The translations under genes and the position numbers were made by a program. From an uncultured Bacteroidota bacterium (lineage in GTDB: Bacteria; Bacteroidota; Bacteroidia; Bacteroidales; P3): a stretch of DNA of 64,000 nt. Below are positions 55,158 to 63,501 of the stretch, piece by piece (within the stretch, counting starts at the first letter, position 1; every line of letters starts with the position of its first letter). The notes below the pieces were generated by a model. It searched no databases. It was not told the origin of the DNA and saw nothing but the letters and a program-made list of their open reading frames with translations. The DNA is taken from the NCBI GenBank assembly GCA_902776365.1, contig CACYPU010000002.1:131180-195179 (forward strand), given 5' to 3'.

Positions 55158-55233
55158 AATTGTTAGTCTCCCTTCTTCGATCCCTCTATGTGGGTTCTAT
55201 GATCCTTCGGTGATGGTTCGGTGATATTCAACA

Positions 55234-55257
55234 AATAGGATTATGATTAATCCTATT
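55234..55257 (-). terminator. 10-bp hairpin overlapping the stop of the 812-aa gene
   Basis: AATAGGATTA/TAATCCTATT with a weak U tract. Confidence 0.3.
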
Positions 55258-57691
55258 TTTCTTGACCACCATCTGTTCCTCCTGTAATTCTTCTGATATA
55301 TCTTTGCTTTCCTTTTCCGACTTTTTTCAGTTCCTCTTCTATTTGAGTATATTTTTTCTCTTTTTCTTCATTTCTCAACTTCATTTCTTCATATGTGCTA
55401 ATCATTTTCTCTGCCGCTGGAATCATCTTATACCCTTTGCTCTGTATCTCTTTTGCAAAACTTACAAAATCATCCAAATTATAATTCAGTGTAAGAGCAG
55501 TTTTAGAGTCGTTCTTATCTGATTCATCACTATCGTTCGAATAAATCAATTCCTCATTCTTGGTCATTAATTCATGTATTTCCTTCTTTAACTCCCTTTT
55601 TAATCTAGGTAATTCTTTTCCTCGTAAATCAACACCTGACTCAATTAGAGATTTTATTTCCTCCCAACTCTGATTTACAGCCTCTGCCAAGAAGGGATTT
55701 CCTAATAGATTTACAATCGCTTTATTTGACGAATCAAACAAACCTATTTCTGACAATAATGCCACTAGCACTTTTGGTCTTGCCACTACAGAGCTATAGA
55801 GATTAACTTCTTTTGCACATCTTATTGCACGACTTGAACTTGTAACGAGATATGCGATTCCAAATAACATCTGATTATTTCTTTGGGGAATATTTTTATT
55901 GAGTTCTCTAGCCAATAGGTAAAGTTCAGCGTCAGTTTTTGCAATGCGCCAATTCTCCTCAGGAGTTCTATATGCAGCCTTGGGCGTTTTAATTGTTTCG
56001 TCGTATATCAACTGGGTTAGATTATCACAATCTACCTCGCTAATACTTACACTATCAATCAAGGACTCATCTCCAATCACAACACCTTTCGGAAGTCTAT
56101 GTTCCATTACTTCTAACATAAAATTGTATTCATCAGTCTCATCATAAATATTTTGTATATAGGATGAGAATGTGTCATCTGAATACTCATTATCATTACG
56201 GAGAATATTAATATAATAATCTATAACAAAAACATTTGATAATTTTTCATATACCACAGTTTCATTTACAGCAGTAAAAGTATTCCTAAAATAATTGAAA
56301 TTTCTTTTTGCGAAACTAGCATGAATGACAACTTCTTCTACTACACTCTTTGGTATATACACTTTACAACCATTATTTAACAACTCTTTTAGAAGGACTG
56401 TGTATATGTCACTAAACGGCCCGTATTTAACCATACAATTAAGGACAAAATCAGTATCCAAGATATACATCTTGCTTGCGAATGTTTTTTTCTGGAATCC
56501 TGCCAACATTGGATCCAATCTCATCAATTGAGTTCCAATATATGCTCTTGCCCATAATAAAATTGTTTGGAATTGTTCATCATTTGGCTTGCTTAGTATT
56601 TCTCCAAGTCCATACACAAGGCATTCACCCAAGTCAGGTTGGATGCTATCAGTAAGTATTTTTATCAGTTCTTTCTGACGTACCATCCCTGAAACAATAT
56701 TATCTTCATTGATTGCCAGGTCTTGCCCATAATATTTGAAAAATAAATTCAATGTTTTTTGTATATTATTCCATATTTGTTTGATTTCACTATCACTTAA
56801 AGGTATTCCATCTGCAAGTTCTTGCATTTTTGTAATAATATCATTAATCAGGGCATTTGTTCGTTGTTCCATATGAGAAATGCCTTCCATCATCTCAGAC
56901 TTTGCTTTCGTTGATGCTGAGATTTTTTCCTCTTCGTTACTTATAAGACCCTCCCTTTTCAATCTTTCTATCGATGCTCTTATCTGCGATTCGTCAATAA
57001 TACAGCCAAATTCCTTATGGAATTCGTCAATAATTTCGCTTCGTGACAAACCACCCGAATATGTTGAAATTAATGACAATATGGATTTATCAAACAAGGA
57101 TTTTTTTTGTGTTTTTTCTTTTAGCTTCGGAGAAAGTGAAAAAAGCAACGTGCTTTTAATCATCGAACTTGTTAGCAAACTTTCCCCATCTGTTGAGAAA
57201 TAATTATTTTTCAAAAAATCCTCCTCTATTTGAGCTTTAATGTTGGGGAAGTATCTTGAAATAATATCTTTGTGTTCTCCTGTCACAAGAATAAATGTTG
57301 ATAAATCAAATATCTGTAATGTCTTTGAATGCTCCATTCTGAATTTGCTTTCCAATCCCTTTATGCTATTTACAGATTGTGAAGTCACAAAAACCAGTTC
57401 ATCAAATACAACATTATTATCATTTAATTTTTTTACGGTAGCTTTTATTTTTGCATTTGAATCCTTCTGCATTGTAAACTGGAATACTCGGCTTATTTTT
57501 GTTTCGTCCTGATAAATTTCAGAACTTATAGCATCAACACCATCATCTTTAATGCCACCGACTTTTCTTATTCGAGGAAATCCGTAATATCCCATAACCT
57601 CCAAACACAACTGCTCGAATTTAAAGAAATCAGTATAATTACTTAATGCAAGTTCAATTATATCCATATTATATAATTTAATATTATTCAC
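55253..57691 (-). CDS. Mrr-like PD-(D/E)xK nuclease / wHTH / PIN-like / coiled-coil fusion protein (uncharacterised)
   Basis: 812 aa. Residues 24-76 read FEQLCLEVMGYYGF..GGIKDDGVDAIS..RVFQFTMQK (Mrr_cat-like). Residues 215-251 look like a wHTH. Residues 408-625 have YILDTDFVLN, VVEEV and KTDAELYLLA (PIN-like acidic residues). The tail is Lys/Glu-rich. Confidence 0.6.
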   Translation of the reverse strand: MNNIKLYNMDIIELALSNYTDFFKFEQLCLEVMGYYGFPRIRKVGGIKDDGVDAISSEIYQDETKISRVFQFTMQKDSNAKIKATVKKLNDNNVVFDELVFVTSQSVNSIKGLESKFRMEHSKTLQIFDLSTFILVTGEHKDIISRYFPNIKAQIEEDFLKNNYFSTDGESLLTSSMIKSTLLFSLSPKLKEKTQKKSLFDKSILSLISTYSGGLSRSEIIDEFHKEFGCIIDESQIRASIERLKREGLISNEEEKISASTKAKSEMMEGISHMEQRTNALINDIITKMQELADGIPLSDSEIKQIWNNIQKTLNLFFKYYGQDLAINEDNIVSGMVRQKELIKILTDSIQPDLGECLVYGLGEILSKPNDEQFQTILLWARAYIGTQLMRLDPMLAGFQKKTFASKMYILDTDFVLNCMVKYGPFSDIYTVLLKELLNNGCKVYIPKSVVEEVVIHASFAKRNFNYFRNTFTAVNETVVYEKLSNVFVIDYYINILRNDNEYSDDTFSSYIQNIYDETDEYNFMLEVMEHRLPKGVVIGDESLIDSVSISEVDCDNLTQLIYDETIKTPKAAYRTPEENWRIAKTDAELYLLARELNKNIPQRNNQMLFGIAYLVTSSSRAIRCAKEVNLYSSVVARPKVLVALLSEIGLFDSSNKAIVNLLGNPFLAEAVNQSWEEIKSLIESGVDLRGKELPRLKRELKKEIHELMTKNEELIYSNDSDESDKNDSKTALTLNYNLDDFVSFAKEIQSKGYKMIPAAEKMISTYEEMKLRNEEKEKKYTQIEEELKKVGKGKQRYIRRITGGTDGGQEK

Positions 57692-57702
57692 TATATTTAA
57701 TA

Positions 57703-58941
57703 TTATCCGATTTTCACTTCGCCTAACATCAGTCTAGGCAGTAATGCATCGCGTTGTGCAGACAGCGCGAGTATCTGTTGTTTATTTGCATTTATTTTAT
57801 CAAAATAAGGTTTTACTTGGTTGTTGAAGTCAATAACAACTTTTTCATCTGTTGGTACATTCCAGTCCATCTCATAAAGCGCTGCCTTATAGTTTAGGTT
57901 GTGTATTCCTGAACTACCATTCTCTAAGTTGAAGAATTCGCCCTGCTTGTGTAGATAACGGAAAAAACAATAAACAAAGAATGTGTGTCTTTCATCAACT
58001 CGTAATAATCTACAAAAGTTTGAAAACACAATAGGGTAATCGAACAATTGCTTTACTCCTTCATTAATATATGCAACTCTGCCTGTGGAGCAAGTATCCG
58101 TACCGCCAGATATTTCTAGGATAATATCTCCATTGTTCGGCTTGATTTTCTCGTATTTGCTTGGCTTTACATATCGAAGAGGTGTTCTTGTCGCAATCCC
58201 GTCATTCAAGTCAGCAACATCCGCACCCCTTAGGCATCGTACTGGCATACCGCTCTCACCTTCAGGTGTCTCCGTTCCCCATTCTCCACCTATTGTTTCA
58301 ATAACATAGTCTCCCAGTTTGCCTTCTTTCCAGGTGGGGTCGGGGTTTTCGATGAAGTAGTGGCGGAAGAGGGTTTCGGCGAGGGCTTCAAGGGTCGCGT
58401 TCTCCCGATTCAACAAATCTATCTTGTCATCCAACGAACTCAACACCCCCGCAATCCGATTCTGCTCGTCAAGTGGCGGCAATTTTAAAACAATATTTTC
58501 AAAATCACTTTTATTCACAATAGGAACAGCTGTCCCATCCCCACCTAATACTCTCAATGTATCATAAGCATTCAAAAGCGAGTAATAGACAAAATCATTA
58601 TCGTACTCTTTGTACGGAACAATTGCGTTTATTTGCTGATTCGTAATACACATGACGTTATTCATAACCACTTTCCCCATATCAGAACCTATGCAGGTCA
58701 CAAGGATGGATTTGGGTGGCAATACTTTCTTTTTTAGTCGTTCAAGGCCGGATACCGAAAGCTTGCGAATACTATCCTTCGCATATTTACCATAATTACA
58801 ATAATCCGATGGGGTTATAAAAAGAAAATTATTCCCCCAATCTTCAGGATTACGAACCGAAGGTGTCTTCCCTGTAATAATTTCTCCTATTTCTCCCAAC
58901 CTATATTCTTTCCATTCACTCATAGGCAGTATTTCTAACAT
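57703..58941 (-). CDS. hsdS: type I restriction-modification specificity subunit
   Basis: Two target-recognition halves are separated by the conserved helix LPPLDEQNRIAGVLSSLDDKIDLL, with a C-terminal ..RDALLPRLMLGEV. The alternative start is at 58923. Confidence 0.9.
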   Translation of the reverse strand: MLEILPMSEWKEYRLGEIGEIITGKTPSVRNPEDWGNNFLFITPSDYCNYGKYAKDSIRKLSVSGLERLKKKVLPPKSILVTCIGSDMGKVVMNNVMCITNQQINAIVPYKEYDNDFVYYSLLNAYDTLRVLGGDGTAVPIVNKSDFENIVLKLPPLDEQNRIAGVLSSLDDKIDLLNRENATLEALAETLFRHYFIENPDPTWKEGKLGDYVIETIGGEWGTETPEGESGMPVRCLRGADVADLNDGIATRTPLRYVKPSKYEKIKPNNGDIILEISGGTDTCSTGRVAYINEGVKQLFDYPIVFSNFCRLLRVDERHTFFVYCFFRYLHKQGEFFNLENGSSGIHNLNYKAALYEMDWNVPTDEKVVIDFNNQVKPYFDKINANKQQILALSAQRDALLPRLMLGEVKIG

Positions 58942-58985
58942 AAAGTATTCATCATTACCAATCTATAGCTGATAAAAAAATTGTA

Positions 58986-59906
58986 TTACATAAACTCGAA
59001 TGCCAACAATGTTTTTACTCTCTGTTTCTCTTTTTCTGTCATATGTCGAGCAATATAAGGATATGTATTAATAAACACTTTCTTCATTTTTTCAAAGGCT
59101 GTTTTATCCATATCATGTTCATCTTGAATACTATTAATAAAGGCCATCAATCTCATTATCCATACAGTCGGATTGCATAATTCATCAATAGATTCCCATC
59201 CACCATCATTAAGGCCAGACTTTCTATATTTTTCTCGTAATAGATGGTCACACACTCCACAGCATGCAAAATACATATCTTTATAAACAGTTTTTTTCTC
59301 TTTTTCAAAAGTATCACTGTCATACAAGAGTACATAGTTTCCATGCTCACTCTCTAACAATAAGTTTTTACCACAATAATCACAACATAGCTCGGCATTA
59401 TTGTCAAATATTTTTGACGGTGTCGGATTTTCAATTTGATACTTTTTAAATGATGTGGGGAAATATCTACAAGCAATCTTGTGTCCATCAAGATTGTTTA
59501 ATAAAAAGGATTCTATCTTTTCGCGATCAAAAACGAGATAATGCTCTTGTCCTTGTAAAATACCAGACAAAGACGTGGATGCCAACGTTGAATAAACCCC
59601 CATAAAACCATCACAATGATGTTGCTTTAACCTATCGCTTATATTTATCTCGTCACTATCATTTACAGCACGACCTGAATGAGCAAAATGTTTGCAGCTC
59701 ACTAACCAACGGATTGTATACTCACTTGTTATGCCTTTTATTACTTCATCAACAATCAAATCCTTTTTTCCGTCAGCTCCTCTGTCTGGATCTTGTACGA
59801 TTCTATATCCAAGGTAAGATAAAAAATCTCTTGTAAGCAGTTCAAAGGTATCTTGCAAACCTGTGCCTTTGTTTGCTTCTGGTATTTCTTTAAAATCTAA
59901 AATCAT
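58986..59906 (-). CDS. Mrr-like PD-(D/E)xK domain protein with CCxxC..CCxxC module (uncharacterised)
   Basis: 306 aa with FELLTRDFLSYLGY..GADGKKDLIVDE..IRWLVSCKH, then CCDYCGK (174-178) and CCGVCDH (215-219). Confidence 0.6.
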   Translation of the reverse strand: MILDFKEIPEANKGTGLQDTFELLTRDFLSYLGYRIVQDPDRGADGKKDLIVDEVIKGITSEYTIRWLVSCKHFAHSGRAVNDSDEINISDRLKQHHCDGFMGVYSTLASTSLSGILQGQEHYLVFDREKIESFLLNNLDGHKIACRYFPTSFKKYQIENPTPSKIFDNNAELCCDYCGKNLLLESEHGNYVLLYDSDTFEKEKKTVYKDMYFACCGVCDHLLREKYRKSGLNDGGWESIDELCNPTVWIMRLMAFINSIQDEHDMDKTAFEKMKKVFINTYPYIARHMTEKEKQRVKTLLAFEFM

Positions 59907-60139
59907 ACTTTTCTCTTTTTTTATTACATCTTTTCTATTACGACATTGTACCTTACTATATTTTTTTTCTACCTAATAATTATAACTAATAATCAATACT
60001 TTTTCATAAAGATTACGCGGTCGTTGATTTTATCGGTGGGGGGCCTGGTACAACAGCTCACGAATGTACGTATTATCGGTGTGGTTTTCTATCACAGTAT
60101 TCATCTCCTTTTTATTAATATTTTTTCCTTTCGCTCATA

Positions 60140-60397
60140 TTACAGTTTTTCTTTGATATCCTCTATCTCTTGTTCCAATTTATCACGCTCCTCAAAATGT
60201 TTGTTCTTTACTAAGCCAGCCAACGGAGAGAATGGACTAATATGCGTTATTTCATTCAATCGTTCGTAACGTTCTTCCTTTTTCCGTAGTTTCCTTTGCA
60301 AATAGCCTTTGCTATTTCTTACCATAAAGACTAATGTTGCCACCATCACCACTAGTGATGCGCATGCGATTATTATTGTTAGTGTTTCCGTACTCAT
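60140..60397 (-). CDS. small single-TM coiled-coil protein
   Basis: 85 aa with an N-terminal TM (LTIIIACASLVVMVATLVFMV) and a charged helical tail. Confidence 0.45.
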   Translation of the reverse strand: MSTETLTIIIACASLVVMVATLVFMVRNSKGYLQRKLRKKEERYERLNEITHISPFSPLAGLVKNKHFEERDKLEQEIEDIKEKL

Positions 60398-60420
60398 ATC
60401 GTTTCTATTCCTTATTTTTC

Positions 60421-60454
60421 AGTTATTAAGTAATCCTTAATAACTGGTTTTTTA
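60421..60454 (+). terminator. plus-strand intrinsic-terminator-like hairpin
   Basis: 11-bp perfect stem CAGTTATTAAG/CTTAATAACTG followed by G TTTTTT. The orientation is opposite to the surrounding operon. Confidence 0.45.
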
Positions 60455-60558
60455 ATGTTTATTTGTTACCGTCACTTAATTCTCTTTCGCTTGGCAATTG
60501 TTCCACAAGTTGTGGAATTATTTGTTTCTCAAGCACCCCCAAGTTGAGGGTGTTTTTC

Positions 60559-61680
60559 CTATTTAGATATGTTTTCCTCGATCAGTTTTTGTAGTTCCTC
60601 TTTGCTCGGCAAATAGGTCTGGTATTTGCTGGCGAAGATTTGGTTGTTGTCTTTCGGTAGGGTAATCTCAACCATTGCATCGCTTTTGTCAGTACACAAC
60701 AAGATTCCAATGGTCGGATTCTCCTCCTCGGTTTTCACGAAGCGGTCGTAGTAGTTGACATACATCTGCATCTGCCCAAGATCTTGATGCTTCAATGTTC
60801 CTCGTTTGAGGTCTATCAACACAAATGCTCTAAGCAGACGATTGTAAAATACCAAGTCCACACGGAAATGCTGCTCGTCGAAGGTAAACCGCACCTGCCG
60901 CCCGACAAAAGTAAATCCCTTACCCAACTCCAGCAAGAAAGTCTGCAGATGGTCTATCAGACGCTGTTCCAACTCGCTCTCGCTATATTGTGGCAACTCT
61001 TTCAGCCCAAGGAACTCCAACACGTAGGGGTCTTTCACCACATCCTCAGGCTTCTCTATTATCTGTCCTTTTTGTGCTAGCGACTTCACTCCCTTCTTGT
61101 CTTTGCTAAGAGCCAACCGTTCATACAACGAACTGTCGAACTGTCGTTGTAATTCCCGCAGACTCCAGTTATTCTCCGTGGCCTCAATCTCATAGAAACG
61201 CCTTTCGTCGGGGTTCTCAATGCGCATCAGCTTCAAATAGTGCGACCAACTGAGGGTGAAATGCAATTTGTCAGACGCTGTCTGACCTTTTTGAGAAGAT
61301 TCCGCAGACAGTGTCTGCGAAATTGGAGAAATCCGAGACGGTGTTGCGGAATTTTCTTCTTTCAATGATTTTCTAGACGGTGTTTGGAAAATTTGAATTC
61401 TCTGCGAATAGATTACATAGAACTGTCTCATTTGTTCTATGTTTCTTTCAGAGAATCCTTTTCCGAATTTCCTTGTAAGCCTATTGGACAATTGCCTAAT
61501 AACAGCTTTCCCATAATTAGCTCGATAGTTGCCTTGCTGCTCATCCTCTACAATCATCCGACCTATCTCATAATAGGTATAGACCATGGCAGTGTTGACC
61601 GCCGTGATGGTGCGTTTGCGGGCTTCTTCTATCAGATGCTCTATCTTTTCTCCTAAATCTATCTTCTGTATCTGCTCCAT
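60559..61680 (-). CDS. PDDEXK nuclease domain protein (YhcG/DUF1016 family)
   Basis: 373 aa with an N-terminal DUF1016-like helical region and a C-terminal ..RVDLVFYNRLLRAFVLIDLKRG.. nuclease core. Confidence 0.8.
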   Translation of the reverse strand: MEQIQKIDLGEKIEHLIEEARKRTITAVNTAMVYTYYEIGRMIVEDEQQGNYRANYGKAVIRQLSNRLTRKFGKGFSERNIEQMRQFYVIYSQRIQIFQTPSRKSLKEENSATPSRISPISQTLSAESSQKGQTASDKLHFTLSWSHYLKLMRIENPDERRFYEIEATENNWSLRELQRQFDSSLYERLALSKDKKGVKSLAQKGQIIEKPEDVVKDPYVLEFLGLKELPQYSESELEQRLIDHLQTFLLELGKGFTFVGRQVRFTFDEQHFRVDLVFYNRLLRAFVLIDLKRGTLKHQDLGQMQMYVNYYDRFVKTEEENPTIGILLCTDKSDAMVEITLPKDNNQIFASKYQTYLPSKEELQKLIEENISK

Positions 61681-61682
61681 AA

Positions 61683-63203
61683 TTAGTCAATCTTTATTTT
61701 TGACAGGTTCTCCAGTATCACTTTGTTCAGGCGTTCTTCTTCTTTCAGCTGGGCTTCCAGTTCGGCGCGGAGGGCGGTGAAACGTTCGGCGAAGTTGAAG
61801 TCGTCTTCCTCTTCGGGTAGACCGACATAACGGCCGGGGGTGAGCACATAGTCCAGTTCGGCCACACGGCTGACGGGCACCGAGGCACAGAAGCCCGGCA
61901 CATCGGCATAGTCCTTAGACTCGTCGCGCCAGCGGTGGTAAGTGTCGGCGATGGTGTGGATATCTTCCTCTGTCAGCTCGCGTGTGCGACGGTTGATAAG
62001 ACGGCCCATATTGCGGGCATCGACGAAGAGTATCTCGCCAGCCCTCTTTTGGCGGTTGCGGGTGACGAACCACAGGCAGGCGGGTATCTGTGTGTTAAGG
62101 AAGAGCTTGGCGGGCAGGTTGACGATACAGGCGATGAGGCCTTTGTCGATAAGCGCACGACGGATTTCGCCTTCGCCTCCTGTTTTTGACGTCAGCGAGC
62201 CTTTGGCCAGAACGAAGCCTGCCTGCCCGTTGGGGGCTAGGTGATAGATAAAGTGTTGTATCCAGGCGAAGTTGGCATTGCCGGCAGGCGGTACGCCATA
62301 CTGCCAGCGGGCGTCGCCACGCAGCTGGTCGCCACTCCAGTCGCTGTCGTTGAACGGCGGGTTGGCAATGACGAAGTCGGCCTTCACGTCCTTGTGGGCA
62401 TCGTTAAGGAACGATCCTTCGGTGTTCCACTTCACCTGCGAGGCGTCGATGCCGCGGATGGCGAGGTTCATCTTGCAGAGGCGCCAGGTGGTCTGGTTGC
62501 TCTCCTGACCGTAAATGGAGATATCCTCCACACGTCCCTGATGCTGACGCACAAACTTGTCGCTCTGCACGAACATGCCGCCCGAGCCACAACAGGGGTC
62601 AAGTACACGGCCGTGATAGGGTTCCAGCATCGTCACCAGCAACTCCACAACGCTCCTCGGCGTGTAGAATTGTCCACCCTTCTTGCCTTCTGCCAGAGCA
62701 AACTCGCCAAGGAAATACTCGAACACGTGCCCAAGCAGGTCGGCGCTGCGCGTGCTGGTGTTCTGCAGGGTAGAGTTGCCGATAAGGTCAATCAGCTCGC
62801 CCAGCGACGTGGGGTCAAGGTTGGGACGGGCAAAAACCTTGGGCAGCACGCCTTTGAGCGTCTTGTTCTCACGTTCGATAGCATCCATGGCATCGTCAAT
62901 AAGCTTGCCAATCTGCGGGTTCTTGGCATCGGCCACCAGACGGCTCCAGCGGGCACTCTCAGGCACATAGAACACATTCTCGGCTGCATACTCCTCGCGG
63001 TCCTCCGGGTCGGCACCGTCAACTTGTTGCTTCAGCAGCTCATTGTACAGTCGTTCAAATTCAACAGAAATATAGCGCAGGAATATCAGTCCCAGCACCA
63101 CATGCTTGTATTCCGCCGCATCGATGTTTTTGCGCAGTTTGTCCGCCGCCTTCCACAATCGCTTTTCCAGCGGTTCCTCTAAAGTCTCCTTTTTCTTAGC
63201 CAT
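61683..63203 (-). CDS. hsdM: type I restriction-modification methyltransferase subunit M
   Basis: The start is trimmed to MAKKKETLEEPLEKRLW. It has the HsdM N-domain (YKHVVLGLIFLRYIS), motif I DPCCGSGGMF and motif IV NPPF. Confidence 0.92.
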   Translation of the reverse strand: MAKKKETLEEPLEKRLWKAADKLRKNIDAAEYKHVVLGLIFLRYISVEFERLYNELLKQQVDGADPEDREEYAAENVFYVPESARWSRLVADAKNPQIGKLIDDAMDAIERENKTLKGVLPKVFARPNLDPTSLGELIDLIGNSTLQNTSTRSADLLGHVFEYFLGEFALAEGKKGGQFYTPRSVVELLVTMLEPYHGRVLDPCCGSGGMFVQSDKFVRQHQGRVEDISIYGQESNQTTWRLCKMNLAIRGIDASQVKWNTEGSFLNDAHKDVKADFVIANPPFNDSDWSGDQLRGDARWQYGVPPAGNANFAWIQHFIYHLAPNGQAGFVLAKGSLTSKTGGEGEIRRALIDKGLIACIVNLPAKLFLNTQIPACLWFVTRNRQKRAGEILFVDARNMGRLINRRTRELTEEDIHTIADTYHRWRDESKDYADVPGFCASVPVSRVAELDYVLTPGRYVGLPEEEDDFNFAERFTALRAELEAQLKEEERLNKVILENLSKIKID

Positions 63204-63227
63204 GAATTCTTTATGATTAACAAAATG

Positions 63228-63235
63228 CAAAAATA
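63228..63235 (-). promoter_or_regulatory. -7 box TAnnTTTG for the R-M operon
   Basis: Minus-strand TATTTTTG, 25 nt upstream of the ATG at 63203. Confidence 0.6.
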
Positions 63236-63320
63236 CGAATTTTCCACGACATGGACAAATTATATTTAAAAAGGTTTTCAACATAGCATCAACCTGCAAT
63301 CACCCTACCATCTCCTATCA

Positions 63321-63386
63321 GGGTAAGAGGAGGGTAAGAGATAAGTAAGAGTTGAGTAAGAGTTGGTATAGAGTTGGTGTTGATTA
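63321..63386. repeat. six degenerate 11-bp tandem units
   Basis: GGGTAAGAGGA GGGTAAGAGAT AAGTAAGAGTT GAGTAAGAGTT GGTATAGAGTT GGTGTTGATTA. Confidence 0.8.
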
Positions 63387-63501
63387 TGAGGTGGTTGGAA
63401 AATGTTAAAAATGGGTCACAATAAATGTGTTTTATTGGCGTTATTAATATGTTTAATTATTTTTGATTAATCAGGAAATCAATTATTTGATCAATCAGAC
63501 A

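Noticed and set aside
57703-58941. Phase-variable hsdS shufflon
   Set aside because: There is only one hsdS copy. No silent hsdS fragments, inverted repeats or site-specific recombinase were seen in the locus.
60030-60104. 24-aa minus-strand mini-ORF (MNTVIENHTDNTYIRELLYQAPHR) preceded by AAGGAG in a locally GC-richer patch
   Set aside because: It is too short and unsupported. Shine-Dalgarno use is weak in Bacteroidota. It may be a remnant of a deleted gene. It is noted only as possible evidence of past rearrangement in the R-M island.
59946-60269. 107-aa plus-strand ORF in the R-M island
   Set aside because: It has low-complexity Ile/Phe/Ser-rich AT-driven sequence and overlaps the 85-aa minus-strand ORF and intergenic DNA.
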